The position numbers and the translations under genes are program-made. From Eledone cirrhosa (lineage: Eukaryota), in assembly GCA_964016885.1 (NCBI GenBank), contig OZ024764.1:11346001-11410000 (forward strand): a DNA stretch of 64,000 nucleotides, given 5' to 3'. The notes under the pieces are model-generated. The model saw only the letters and a list, made by a program, of their open reading frames with translations. It did not search any database and had not been told where the DNA came from. Numbering within the stretch: the stretch's first letter is position 1; every line of letters begins with the position of its first letter. Below are positions 43,235 to 56,033 of the stretch, one piece after another.

Positions 43235-43940
43235 GAGGAGGAGGTTGGGGGTAGTGAGGGAGTAGGGGCTGATTGTGGTGAGAGAGGGGAGAGTAGGGGA
43301 CCAGAGAGAGAGGGGAGAGTAGGGGCTGATAGTGGTGAGAGAGGGGAGAGTAGGGGACCAGAGAGAGAGAGGGGAGAGTAGGGGACCAGAGAGAGAGGGG
43401 AGAGTAGGGGACCAGAGAGAGAGGGGGGGTAGTGAAAGAACTGAAGGAGTAGGAGCTGGTAGTGGTGAGAGAGGGGAGTGTAGGGGACCAGGGAGAGAGG
43501 GGGGTAGTGAAAGAACTGAAGGAGTAGGGGCTGGTAGTGGTGAGAGAGGGGAGTGTAGGGGACCAGGGAGAGGGGAGAGTAGAGGACCAGAGAGAGAGGG
43601 GGGGTAGTGAAAGAACTGAAGGAGGGCTGGTAGTGGTGAGAGAGGGGAGAGTAGGGGACCAGGGAGAGAGGGGAGAGTAGGGGACCAGAGAGAGAGGGGG
43701 GTAGTGAAAGAACTGAAGGAGGAGGGGCTGGTAGTGGTGAGAGAGGGGGAGGGAAAGGGCACCAGAGAGCAGGTGGTGGTGAAAGAGCTGAAGGAGGAGG
43801 GGCTGGTAGTGGTGAGATAGGGGGGAGGAAAGGGGATCTGAGAGAGAGGGGGAGGGAAAGGGGATCATAGAGAGAGGCGGGTAGTGAAAGAACTGAGCGA
43901 GGAGGGACTGGTAGTGGTGAGAGAGGGGGAGGGAGAGAGA
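43235..43940. repeat. Purine/G-tract-rich minisatellite
   Basis: gagaggggagagtaggggaccagagagag units. Confidence 0.9.
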
Positions 43941-43959
43941 AACAATTGTGTTGTGAAAT

Positions 43960-44345
43960 TTCATGAAATTAACATGTGACTGAGCATTCCATAGTAGTTC
44001 TCAGGGAGATTCAGCATGACATATTGTGTGACAAAGCTGGCCCATCGGTTGAACTGTTGGCTCAAAAAATTAACATGTAAGTGACTGAGCATTCCATAGT
44101 AGTTCTCAGGGAGATTCAGCATGACATAGTGTGTGACAAAGCTGCCCCATCAGTTGAACTGTTGGCTCATAAAATTAACATGTAAGTGACTGAGCATTCC
44201 ATAGTAGTTCTCAGGAAGATTCAGTATGACATATTGTGTGACAAAGCTGGCCCACCAGTTGAACTGTTGGCTCATGAAATTAACATGTAAGTGACTGAGC
44301 ATTCCATAGTACTTCTCAGGGAGATTCAGCATGACATATTGTACC
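43960..44345 (-). repeat. 105-bp tandem array (~3.7 copies) derived from a SINE body
   Basis: Units at ~44067, 44172 and 44277; reverse complement of 19120-19230. Confidence 0.85.
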
Positions 44346-44680
44346 AATGAGGTACTGGTACAATTCATTTTTGCCAGTTGAGTGGCAAATCTAATCTGGC
44401 CGAGTTTACACTCACAAATAAGAAGAACCAGGGCCACCCCTATGAGCATTGGATTTGGTGTACTTCATATTTGTTTTGGTTGCTGAATACAATCAGGGGT
44501 CACTGCTTCTCCTGAAGGTCAATAGTTCTCTTCTAACTCGAGCTGGAGCACCTTTCCATTGTTAATTTACATTGATCATCTGCAAAGCCTCATTGTTGTC
44601 AGAACCACTACACCAGTCTTTCTATGTGGAAAGGTGGCAGCTGGAACTACTGCCACTCATTGATTTGGCACTATCACAAC

Positions 44681-44945
44681 TCATTTCTACAGCTGAATAA
44701 ACTGGAGCAACGTGAAATAAAGTGTCTTGCTCAAGGACACAGCACATCACCTGGTCTGAGAATCAAACTCACAGCCTTTCAATTGCAAGCCCAATGCTCT
44801 AACCACTAAGCCATGCGCCTTCACTGAAGTAATGTGTAATAAAGTGTCTTGTTCAAGGACCCATCACACTGACCAATTCTAGAATAGAACTTGCAACCTT
44901 ATAATCCTGAACATAACTCTATAACCACTAAGCCACACATCTTCA
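44681..44945 (-). mobile_element. Two tandem SINE heads (tRNA plus CORE)
   Basis: aaagtgtcttgctcaagg...taaccactaagcca occurs twice. Confidence 0.8.
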
Positions 44946-45239
44946 TGTGGATGATACAGATATTCATATTTAATTCACTGACTTTTCAAGTCTTCATTTT
45001 TTTTTTCTTTTAATTATTCTGTAATGTATCACAGCAGCAGTCTCTGTTAATTACATTGTCACCTCTGATTAGTTTATATCAAGGCTTCAATTATTTTAAT
45101 TATTATAGAAAACAATCACCAAATTTTCTCTCACTTCTCATCCCCTCTCAAAAAAAGAGAAACGAAAAAAAAAAAAATCCTCCGGTTTTTCCTCATTTCT
45201 AAGGTAGTAGCTTAGCCTTCTATAGTGAAAATTGCTGTT

Positions 45240-47545
45240 AGTCAGATCAGACCACAGTCTTTCCATTGCTGATACTCTGTCAGTCACAACTCCTGGCAAA
45301 AGAAAGGAACTGATTATCAGATCAGACCAAGGAAACAATGTTTCCATTAGTCTTTCCATTACTGATACTATCTGTCAGTCACAACACCTGGCAGAAGAAA
45401 GGAGCTGATAGTCAGATCAGACCAAGGAAACAATGTTTCCACTGGTCTTTCCATTACTGATACTATCTGTCAGTCACAACTCCTGGCAGAAGAAAGGAAC
45501 TGATTATCAGATCAGACCAAGGAAACAATGTTTCCATTGGTCTTTCCATTACTGATACTATCTGTCAGTCACAACTCCTGGCAGAAGAAAGGAACTGATT
45601 ATCAGATCAGACCAAGGAAACAATGTTTCCATTGGTCTTTCCATTACTGATACTATCTGTCAGTCACAACTCCTGGCAGAAGAAAGGAACTGATTATCAG
45701 ATCAGACCAAGGAAACAATGTTTCCATTGGTCTTTCCATTACTGATACTATCTGTCAGTCACAACTCCTGGCAGAAGAAAGGAACTGATTATCAGATCAG
45801 ACCAAGGAAACAATGTTTCCATTGGTCTTTCCATTACTGATACTATCTGTCAGTCACAACTCCTGGCAGAAGAAAGGAGCTGATTATCAGATCAGACCAA
45901 GGAAACAATGCTTCTATTGGTCTTTCCATTGCTGATACTATCTGTCAGTCACAACTCCTGGCAGAAGAAAGGAACTGATTATCAGATCAGACCAAGGAAA
46001 CAATGTTTCCATTGGTCTTTCCATTACTGATACTATCTGTCAGTCACAACTCCTGGCAGAAGAAAGGAACTGATTATCAGATCAGACCAAGGAAACAATG
46101 TTTCCATTGGTCTTTCCATTACTGATACTATCTGTCAGTCACAACTCCTGGCAGAAGAAAGGAGCTGATTATCAGATCAGACCAAGGAAACAATGCTTCT
46201 ATTGGTCTTTCCATTGCTGATACTATCTGTCAGTCACAACTCCTGGCAGAAGAAAGGAGCTGATTATCAGATCAGACCAAGGAAACAATGCTTCTATTGG
46301 TCTTTCCATTGCTGATACTATCTGTCAGTCACAACTCCTGGCAGAAGAAAGGAGCTGATCATCAGATCAGACCAAGGAAACAATGTTTCCATTGGTCTTT
46401 CCATTGCTGATACTATCTGTCAGTCACAACTCCTGGCAGAAGAAAGGAGCTGATCATCAGATCAGACCAAGGAAACAATGCTTCTATTGGTCTTTCCATT
46501 ACTGATACTATCTGTCAGTCACAACTCCTGGCAGAAGAAAGGAGCTGATCATCAGATCAGACCAAGGAAACAATGTTTCCATTGGTCTTTCCATTACTGA
46601 TACTATCTGTCAGTCACAACTCCTGGCAGAAGAAAGGAGCTGATTATCAGATCAGACCAAGGAAACAATGCTTCTATTGGTCTTTCCATTGCTGATACTA
46701 TCTGTCAGTCACAACTCCTGGCAGAAGAAAGGAGCTGATCATCAGATCAGACCAAGGAAACAATGTTTCCATTGGTCTTTCCATTACTAATACTATCTGT
46801 CAGTCACAACTCCTGGCAGAAGAAAGGAGCTGATTATCAGATCAGACCAAGGAAACAATGCTTCTATTGGTCTTTCCATTGCTGATACTATCTGTCAGTC
46901 ACAACTCCTGGCAGAAGAAAGGAGCTGATCATCAGATCAGACCAAGGAAACAATGTTTCCATTGGTCTTTCCATTACTGATACTATTTGTCAGTCACAAC
47001 TCCTGGCAGAAGAAAGGAGCTGATTATCAGATCAGACCAAGGAAACAATGCTTCTATTGGTCTTTCCATTGCTGATACTATCTGTCAGTCACAACTCCTG
47101 GCAGAAGAAAGGAGCTGATTATCAGATCAGACCAAGGAAACAATGCTTCTATTGGTCTTTCCATTGCTGATACTATCTGTCAGTCACAACTCCTGGCAGA
47201 AGAAAGGAGCTGATCATCAGATCAGACCAAGGAAACAATGCTTCTATTGGTCTTTCCATTGCTGATACTATCTGTCAGTCACAACTCCTGGCAGAAGAAA
47301 GGAGCTGATCATCAGATCAGACCAAGGAAACAATGTTTCCATTGGTCTTTCCATTGCTGATACTATCTGTCAGTCACAACTCCTGGCAGAAGAAAGGAGC
47401 TGATTATCAGATCAGACCAAGGAAACAATGCTTCTATTGGTCTTTCCATTACTGATACTATCTGTCAGTCACAACTCCTGGCAGAAGAAAGGAACTGATA
47501 GATTAGACCAAGCAAACAATGCTTCCATTAGTCTTTTCATTGCTG
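45240..47545. repeat. 95-bp tandem satellite, about 24 copies, SINE-derived
   Basis: Period 95 (45601, 45696, 45791...); homologous to the reverse complement of 13563-13660. Confidence 0.95.
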
Positions 47546-47810
47546 GTATTGTCTCTCTACTGCCAGGGGTGACAGAATTTGAACTCAGAACTTGCAAAAC
47601 CAGTGCACATATGAGAAAACCAGCCATCTGACTTTTTAACAGTTCCACCAATCCACCAGCCCACATGCTCGTACTGTTCTTAGTGACTATGAAAGGATGA
47701 AAGTCAAAGTTGACCTCGACCTCGGCAAAATTTGAACATAGAGTGCAAGGACTGGAATAAATACAAAGCAATTTACCCCTTTTGATATCAACCTTTTCAA
47801 AACCGACCTT

Positions 47811-48922
47811 TGTAGCAGTAGTAGTGGTAGAAATAGTGGTAGTATCAGTATTGTAGTTGTTGTAGTAGTTGCTGTGTAATGTCTGGTAACAGTAATAGTG
47901 GTAGTAGCAGTGTTGTAGTTGTTGTAGTAGTTGCTGTGTAATGTCTGGTAATAGTGGTAGTGGTAGTAGCAGTGTTGTAGTTGTGGTGTAATGTGTGGTA
48001 GTAGCAGTGTGGTTGTTGTTGTAGTTGCTGTAGTAGTTGTTGTTGTAATGTGTGGTAGTAGTAGTAGTAGTAGTAGTGGTAGTACCAGTGTTGTAGCTGC
48101 TGTAGTAGTTGTTGTGTAATGTGGTAGCAGTAGTAGTGGTAGCAGCAGTGGTTGTAGCAGTGTTGTAGTTGCTGTAGTAGTAGTAGTAGTAGTAGGTGTG
48201 TAATGTGTTGTTGTAGTGGTAGTAGTGGTGTGGTTGTTGTTGTGTAATGTGTGGTGGTAGTTGTAGTTGCTGCTGTAGTAGTAGGTGTGTAATGTGTTGT
48301 TGTAGTGGTAGTAGCAGTAGTGGTGTGGTTGTTGTTGTGTAATGTGTGGTGGTAGTAGTAGTTGTAGTTGCTGCTGTAGTAGTAGCAGTAGTTGTAGGTG
48401 TGTAATGTGTTGTTGTAGTGGTAGTAGCAGTAGTGGTGTGGTTGTTGTTGTGTAATGTGTGGTGGTAGTAGTAGTTGTAGTTGCTGCTGTAGTAGTAGCA
48501 GTAGTAGTAGGTGTGTAATGTGTTGTTGTAGTAGCAGTAGTGGTGTGGTTGTTGTTGTGTAATGTGTGGTGGTAGTAGTAGTTGTAGTTGCTGCTGTAGT
48601 AGTAGGTGTGTAATGTGTTGTTGTAGTGGTGTGGTTGTTGTGTAATGTGTGGTGGTAGTAGTAGTTGTAGTTGCTGCTGTAGTAGTAGGTGTGTAATGTG
48701 TTGTTGTAGTAGCAGTAGTGGTGTGGTTGTTGTTGTGTAATGTGTGGTGGTAGTAGTAGTTGTAGTTGCTGCTGTAGTAGTAGCAGTAGTTGTAGGTGTG
48801 TAATGTGTTGTTGTAGTGGTAGTAGCAGTAGTGGTGTGGTTGTTGTTGTGTAATGTGTGGTGGTAGTAGTAGTTGTAGTTGCTGCTGTAGTAGTAGCAGT
48901 AGTAGTAGGTGTGTAATGTGTG
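47811..48922. repeat. GTA/GTT/GTG minisatellite with a gtgtaatgtg motif
   Basis: Direct reading. Confidence 0.9.
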
Positions 48923-49050
48923 ATTTATATGGAAACTAATTGTGTTTCAGTTTGTAAAATCTTCTGGTAATTCTCAATAGTGACACATGCAGCGACATTT
49001 TGTGGTAGAGGTTGTTATACATCTTGAGAAATCTGTCTTTTGTTTGGACA

Positions 49051-49690
49051 GTGGTGGGGTGGTGGTGGTTGGTGGTTGGTGATGGTAGTGATGGTTGTGA
49101 TGATGGTAGTGGTGGTAATAGTGATGATGGTAGTGGTACTGATGGTGGTGATGGTGGTGTTGGTTGGTGATGGTAGTGATGGTTGTGATGATGGTAGTGG
49201 TGGTAATAGTGATGATGGTAGAGGTACTGATGGTGGTGATGGTGTTGGTGTTTGTTGGTTGGTGATGGTTGGTGATGATGGTAGTGGTACTGATGGTGAT
49301 GGTGGTGGCGGCGGTGGTGGTGGTGTTGGTGATGATGGTAGTGGTGGTAATAGTGATGATGGTAGTAGTACTGATGGTGATGGTGGTGTTGGTGATGGTT
49401 GGTGATGATGGTAGTGGTGGTAATAGTGATGATGGTAGTGGTACTGATGGTGGTGGTGGCGGTGGTGCTGGTGTTGGTGTTGGTTGGTGATGATGGTAGT
49501 GGTGGTAATAGTGATGATGATAGTGGTACTGATGGTGGTGATGGCGGCGGTGGTGGTGGTGTTGGTTCGTGATGGTGGTGGTAGTGGTGTAAGGCATGTT
49601 TGTGTGGTGGTGGTGGTGGTGTTGGTGTTGTTCTTGTGGTAGTAGTTGTGTGTTGATGTTGTAGTGATGTTGATGTTGTAGTGGTAGTGT
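49051..49690. repeat. GGT/GAT triplet array
   Basis: Direct reading. Confidence 0.9.
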
Positions 49691-49854
49691 TATAATGGTA
49701 TGACATCATGCTGTCATACCATTATAAGGATAGGCCCATAATTCCTTGTGGAGTTGTAGAGGTACTGTCTCACGGGGTGTCTAGGGCACTTTTAAACCTG
49801 GTGGAGCCCAACCTTCTCCAGGTCCGAACACAGTCGATTTTTTTCTATAGAGGA

Positions 49855-50215
49855 AGAATCTACCCCAGTAGTGGACTGGTACTTTTTTTTATTGACCTCG
49901 AAAGGGAGAATCAACCCCAGTAGTGGACTGGTACTTTTTTTATCAACCTCGAAAGGAAGAATCAACCCCAGTAGTGGACTGGTACTTTTTTTATCAACCT
50001 CGAAAGGAAGAATTTACCCCAGTAGTGGACTGGTACTTTTTTTATTGACCTCCAAAGGAAGAATCAACCCCAGTAGTGGACTGGTACTTTTTTTATTGAC
50101 CTCGAAAGGATGAAAGGAAAAGTTCACTCTGGTGGGATTTGAACTCAAAGCATGCAATGAGGTGGGAGAAATACCGTAAAGCATTCTAACTGACGTCTTA
50201 AAGACTCTGCCAATT
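49855..50215 (-). mobile_element. Second-family SINE with a 51-bp internal unit in 5 copies
   Basis: ccccagtagtggactggtac units at 49863, 49915, 49966, 50017 and 50068, then ggatttgaactc (B box). Confidence 0.8.
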
Positions 50216-50304
50216 TGTGCTGTCTATATCATACCACTATACCATTAAGTAAATCTTTACTACCATATCTCAATACCATTGTAATACACCAACACTAGAA
50301 TAGC

Positions 50305-52425
50305 ACCATACCACTGTACCACCATACTACTGTACCACCATACCACTGTACCATTGTACCACCATACCACTGTACCTTTGTACCATCATACCACTGTACT
50401 ATCATACCACCATAGCACTGTACCATCATACCACTGAACCACCATACTATCATACCACCATACCATTGTACTATCATACCACCAGAACACTGTACCACCA
50501 TACTACCATACCACTGTACCACCATACCACCATACTACCATACCACTGTACCACCATACTATCATACCACCAGAACACTGTACCACCATACTACCATACC
50601 ACTGTACCACCATACTATCATACCACCGTACCACCATACCATTGTACTATCATACCACCAGAACACTGTACCACCAGAACACTGTACCACCATACTATCA
50701 TACCACCATATCACTATACCACTGTACCACCATACCACTGTACTGCCATACCACTGTGCAACCATACCACTGTACCACTGTTCTATCATACCACCATACC
50801 ACCATATCACTATACCACTGTACCACCATACCGCTGTACTGCCATACCACCATACCACCATACCATTAGAAGAAGGTGATAAATGATGAATGAAGTATAT
50901 TGCCATCTAATCCATCAAGTTGGCAGTTTGTGTTTCTTATAAACTTTGATAATAATTCTCTTAAGACATTGGGAGATGATGGATGGGGGGGGGGGGGGGG
51001 GGGGGGGCTGACAGACAGACTGACGGACGGGCGGATAGACAGTCAGAGAGACAGACAGACGGGTGGAGAGACGGACAGAGACACAGACAGACAGACAGAC
51101 AGAGTCAGAGAGACAGACGGGTGGATAGACAGACAGACAGAGAGAGACAGGCAGACAGACATTCAGAGAGACAGACATTTAGAGAGACAGACAGACAGAC
51201 AGACAGTGAGACAGATGACAGACAGACAGACAGAGACGGACAGATGGGCGGGCGGACGGACAATCTACCCTACATACGAGAAAGAATACCTTCATCACAC
51301 CACTACACCACCACCACTACAAGAACCAGAACACACCACACCACTACAAGAACCACATCACACCACACCACACCACCACCACCACCACTACTACAAGAAC
51401 CACAACATACCACCACCACCACCTCAAGAACCACAACACATGACACCACCACTACTATCAACACCACCACCTCTACATAACACCACCACCACACCCACTA
51501 CATGACGCCACCACCACTACACGACACCACCACCACTATACCACCACCACCAGCACTATACCACCACCACCACCACAACACAACCAGCACTACCACCACA
51601 CTACTACACACCACCACAACACCACCACTATACCACCACCACACCACCACCACACCACCACTATACCACCACCACCACAACACCACCACCACCACCATCA
51701 CCACACCACCACCACACCACCACCACAACACCACCACCACCACCACCACCACCACCACCACACCACCACCACTATACCACCACCACCACCACTATACCAC
51801 TACACACCACCACCACCAACTAATGTTCTACAAACAAAACATTACAATTTTTGTTATTCCAATATTTAGTTAATGTCTTCACATTTCATACCTGGGGCTT
51901 GAGCTCAAACTACAGTGACAGATTTAGACATTGTGGTGGGGTGGTGTGGTGTGGTGGGGTGTGGTGGTGTGGTGGGGTGGCAGGGGGGTGTAGTGGTGTG
52001 GTGGTGGTGGTGTGTAGTGGTGTGGTGGTGCTAGTGTGGTGGTGGTGGTGGTGGTGGTGGTTGTGGTGTGGTGGTTGTGGTGGTGGTGGTGTGGTGGTGT
52101 GGTGGTTGTGGTGGTTGTGGTGGTGTGGTGGTGGTGGTGTGGTGGTGTGGTGGTGTTGGTGTTGTGGTTGTGGTCGTGTGTAGTGTTGGTGTTGTGGTGT
52201 GTAGTGGTGGTGGTGGTGTGTAGTGGTGCTAGTGGTGGTGTGGTGGTGGTCGTGTGTAGTGTTGGTGGTGTGATGTGGTGTTGTGGTGTGTAGTGGTGGT
52301 GGTGGTGGTGTAGTGGTGGTGGTGGTTGTGGTGGTGGTGTGGTGGTGGTGTTGTGTTGGTGTGGTGGGGGTGTGTGAGGTTGTGGTGGTGTGTTGGTAGT
52401 AGTAGTGGTGGTGTTGGTGGTGTTG
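50305..52425. repeat. Simple repeat cluster: (taccac)-type, poly-G, (GACA)n, (CAC)n, (GTG)n
   Basis: Direct reading. Confidence 0.9.
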
Positions 52426-52446
52426 TGTAAATCTCCAGTTACTTAA

Positions 52447-52712
52447 CCCTATAGCATATACATTACTCTATATATACTATTGTATTTTCACAGTAAACAC
52501 TTTGTCTATCATAATTATCTCACATAATATCAAATCTATGAGATTTTGATATTATTTATTTTGAGAACAATACCTTAACATAAGAATGAGCAGCCTGTTT
52601 AATCCTTTAGCATTTACATTACTCTATATTTACTATTGCATTTTCACATAATTATCTCACATAATATCAAATCTATGAGGTTGTGATATTATTTATTTTG
52701 AGAACAATACCT
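52447..52712. mobile_element. Two short remnants of the piggyBac-like MITE, each with a single 59-bp unit
   Basis: ttaa|ccctatagcat... and ttaa|tcctttagcattt... Confidence 0.7.
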
Positions 52713-52719
52713 TATGTCA

Positions 52720-52938
52720 AAATTTATAAAACACACTTTGTATTTTATCTGATGATAGCGTACCAAAGTTTTGGTACCCTTGAAATATATATAATAGAAT
52801 AAATATGGTTTTATAAATATAGTTTCCATGTATTTAATATCATTGAATATTATACTCCAGAAAACTTGTCGAGTGCTTTGAATCAGTTATAAACATTTAT
52901 ATTTGTTGAATTACCAACAAATAGAATATCCCTTCTGC
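52720..52938 (+). mobile_element. HHR element, family A (single arm)
   Basis: Homologous to 37865-38116. Confidence 0.8.
52741..52801 (+). ncRNA. Minimal hammerhead ribozyme motif
   Basis: tattttat CTGATGA tagcgtaccaaa gt tttggtaccctt GAA ATATATAT A atagaata. Confidence 0.7.
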
Positions 52939-53070
52939 TTATATATACATACATATATATATATATATATGAAAATTAGAGTTAAAACTCAATTGGAACC
53001 CTGTAACTATTAGTCTCCAAGTATAAATATAAATATAAATATAAATACTGAGCCGATTAATAATATATAG

Positions 53071-53222
53071 TAAGAAACACAGTAAACCGTGTCTAAAATT
53101 ACAAGGGTTGAAAAACCACATTTGTTTGAAATATTTAACCAAGTTAAATATTGGTTAAATATTTCAAACAAATGTGGTTTTTCAACCCTTGTAATTTTAG
53201 ACACGGTTTACTGTGTTTCTTA
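53071..53222. repeat. Inverted repeat (72-bp arms, 8-nt loop)
   Basis: taagaaacacag...ctgtgtttctta. Confidence 0.85.
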
Positions 53223-53420
53223 TTATATATTATTATATATATATATATATATATATGTGTAAATGATTGCCTGAGATTTGAACTCATTATTATATATATA
53301 TATATATATATAAGAATTAAAATACTAGAGTGTGTTGGAGTTAAACACCCTCTTCGTATTATAGAAATGACAGTAAAAGTATAGCTCAATGTAATTAAAC
53401 AGAGCCGAAGAATTATGAAG

Positions 53421-53460
<40 letters not shown>

Positions 53461-53536
53461 CGAAGGAAATGTGGTAAGGAACCAGGTGGACCATAACGCA
53501 CCAAAGTACTCAATACTTGGGGTAGTAGAGTGGGTA

Positions 53537-53657
53537 ATAGGAACCAGTAAGACCCCGACGGCTGAGCTCAAGCCGTTTCGACGGCTAATTCTGGACTATT
53601 TAGTCCAGAATTAGCCGTCGAAACGGCTTGAGCTCAGCCGCCGGGGTCTTACTGGTT

Positions 53658-53662
<5 letters not shown>
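53537..53662. repeat. Inverted repeat (~62-bp arms) with a one-sided tail (53460-53536)
   Basis: ataggaaccag...ctggttcctat. Confidence 0.85.
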
Positions 53663-53698
<36 letters not shown>

Positions 53699-53742
53699 AA
53701 GTTAAATAAAAGTCAAATGATTAAAATTTAGCTTCGTTTATT

Positions 53743-53797
53743 ACTGCTATATATATTTCAGTGACAGCCATCTTTGGCTGTGACCTCTTCAGGCAGT
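53743..53797 (-). ncRNA. Minimal hammerhead ribozyme motif
   Basis: Mirror of 54028-54082. Confidence 0.75.
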
Positions 53798-54027
53798 TTG
53801 AATTAGTATGGTATAGACAAGTACATATGTTGTTTAGGTGTATGATATTGTCAATACTCTGATATGCCCAGTTCCTTGCTGGGTTGTTAATTCACTGGGG
53901 AACTGGAGTCATATGACTCTAGTTCCCCAGTGAATTAACAACCCAGCAAGGAACTGGGCATATCAGAGTATTGACAATATCATACACCTAAACAACATAT
54001 GTACTTGTCTATACCATACTAATTCAA

Positions 54028-54082
54028 ACTGCCTGAAGAGGTCACAGCCAAAGATGGCTGTCACTGAAATATATATAGCAGT
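54028..54082 (+). ncRNA. Minimal hammerhead ribozyme motif
   Basis: actgc CTGAAGA ggtcacagcca aaga tggctgtcact GAA ATATATAT A gcagt. Confidence 0.8.
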
Positions 54083-54228
54083 AATAAACGAAGCTAAATT
54101 TTAATCATTTGACTTTTATTTAACTTTATTTTACACTACTCCGGAGTAACCAAACCAACCTGCGCACTTCGTCGAGTGCTCCAGCCTGCATACTGAGGTG
54201 TTGGTATACAACCAACATAAACTCAAAA

Positions 54229-54274
<46 letters not shown>

Positions 54275-54277
<3 letters not shown>

Positions 54278-54420
54278 TCATCATCATTTTTCATCCGTTT
54301 TTCCCTGCTTGCAAGGGTGGGACGGTTCCTATTCAGCACAGCATCTCTCCATTCGTCACGGTCCTTCGTCATCTCCTCCGTGAGCTTCAGCGATCTGAGG
54401 TCTGCTCTCACCACCCCCGC
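54275..54420 (-). mobile_element. RTE LINE 3' end (tail A)
   Basis: [26 protein letters not shown] plus tail. Confidence 0.85.
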
Positions 54421-54639
54421 CCGTGTTTATATATGTATATATGAATATGTACGTATATACATATATATGTACATATGTACATGTATGTATATATATGTGT
54501 ATATATGTGTATATATGTGTATATATGTATATATATGTGTGTATATATCTCACTCTCTCTCCACACACGTTGATCTCAACTGTATTCTAAAAGTCACCAA
54601 AATTCTAAACCTGTGTATTCCCAGTGCAATACAACTCCA

Positions 54640-55617
54640 TTGCTGCTGTTGAGGTTGTTGTTGTTGTGGTTGTTGTTGTTGGTGTTGTCATAGCTGTCAT
54701 TGCTGCAGTTGTTGTTGTGGTTGTTGTTGTTGGTGTTGTTATAGCTGTCATTGCTGTAGTTGTTGTTGTGGTTGTTGTTGTTGGTGGTGGTGTTGCTGTT
54801 ACTTCTGTTGTTATAGCTGTCATTGCTGCAGTTGTTGTTGTTGTTGTTGTTGTTATTGTTGTTGGTGTTGTTACTTCTGTTGTTATAGCTGTCATTGCTG
54901 TAGTTGTTGGTGTGGTTGTTGCTGCTGTTGTTGTTGGTGTTGTAGTTGCTGTTGGTGTTGCTGTTGTTGTTGGTGGTGGTGGTGTTACTTCTGTTGTTAT
55001 AGCTGTCATTGCTGCAGTTGTTGTTGTGGTTGTTGTTGTTGTTGTTGCTGCTGTTGTGGTTGCTGTTGTAGTTGCTGTTGTTGTTGGTGTTGCTGTTGTT
55101 GTTGGTGTTGCAGTTGCTGCTGCTGTTGTTGTTGGTGTTGTAGTTGCTGTTGTTGGTGCTGTTGGTGTTGTAGTTGCTGCTGCTGTTGTTGGTGCTGTTG
55201 CTGTTGTAGTTGCTGTTGTTGTTGGTGTTGTAGTTGCTGTTGTTGTTGGTGTTGCAGTTGCTGCTGCTGTTGTTGTTGGTGTTGTAGTTGCTGCTGCTGC
55301 TGCTGTTGTTGTTGGTGTTGTAGTTGCTGCTGCTGTTGTTGGTGCTGTTGGTGTTGTAGTTGCTGTTGTTGGTGGTGTTGTAGTTGCTGCTGCTGTTGTT
55401 GTTGGTGTTGTAGTTGCTGCTGCTGTTGTTGTTGGTGCTGTTGTTGTTGGTGCTGTTGTTGGTGGTGCTGTTGTTGGTGGTGCTGTTGTTGGTGGTGCTG
55501 TTGGTGTTGGTGCTGTTGTTGTTGGTGGTGTTGTAGTTGTTTCAGTTGCTGTTGTTGTTGCTGTTGTTGGTATTGGTGCTGTTGTTGTAGTTGCTGTTGT
55601 TGTTGGTGTTGGTGCTG

Positions 55618-55649
<32 letters not shown>

Positions 55650-55822
55650 GGTAGAGGTTGTGGTGCTGGTGTTGTTACTGTGTTAGCTGTTGGTTCTGCC
55701 GTTGTTGGTGTAGTTGCTATTGTTGTTTGTGCTGTTGTAATTGAACATGATGATGATGATGATGATGTTGTTATTGTTGTTGTTGTTATTGCTGTAGTTA
55801 TTGCTGCTGTTGTTGGTGCTGT
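54640..55822. repeat. (GTT/GCT/GGT)n array
   Basis: Direct reading. Confidence 0.95.
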
Positions 55823-55974
55823 GCATCAAATAGAAATGCAATAGTTTAGTGCAGTGCAGTGCAGTGCAGTGCAACAAGCTAACAATGCACGTTATTTTGA
55901 TTGAATGGAGTTTTGGCGTTTCTTAGTGTCTTTATTATGTTCTGTACATGTAGACATATACATACACACGTGTG

Positions 55975-56033
<59 letters not shown>

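Larger units (their letters stand above)
53692..54230 (+). mobile_element. Palindromic HHR element, family C (loopless palindrome 53692-54133 plus tail)
   Basis: 221-bp arms centred on gagtcat|atgactc; (TA)n on both sides. Confidence 0.9.

Noticed and set aside
44560-44600. Minus-strand FADD motif suggesting a reverse transcriptase
   Set aside because: Surrounding frame is short and not RT-like; likely chance
45240-47545. CRISPR-like regular array
   Set aside because: No unique spacers, no cas genes, eukaryotic context; the unit derives from a SINE
54624-55844. 406-aa Val/Ala/Gly ORF
   Set aside because: Translation of a (GTT/GCT)n array
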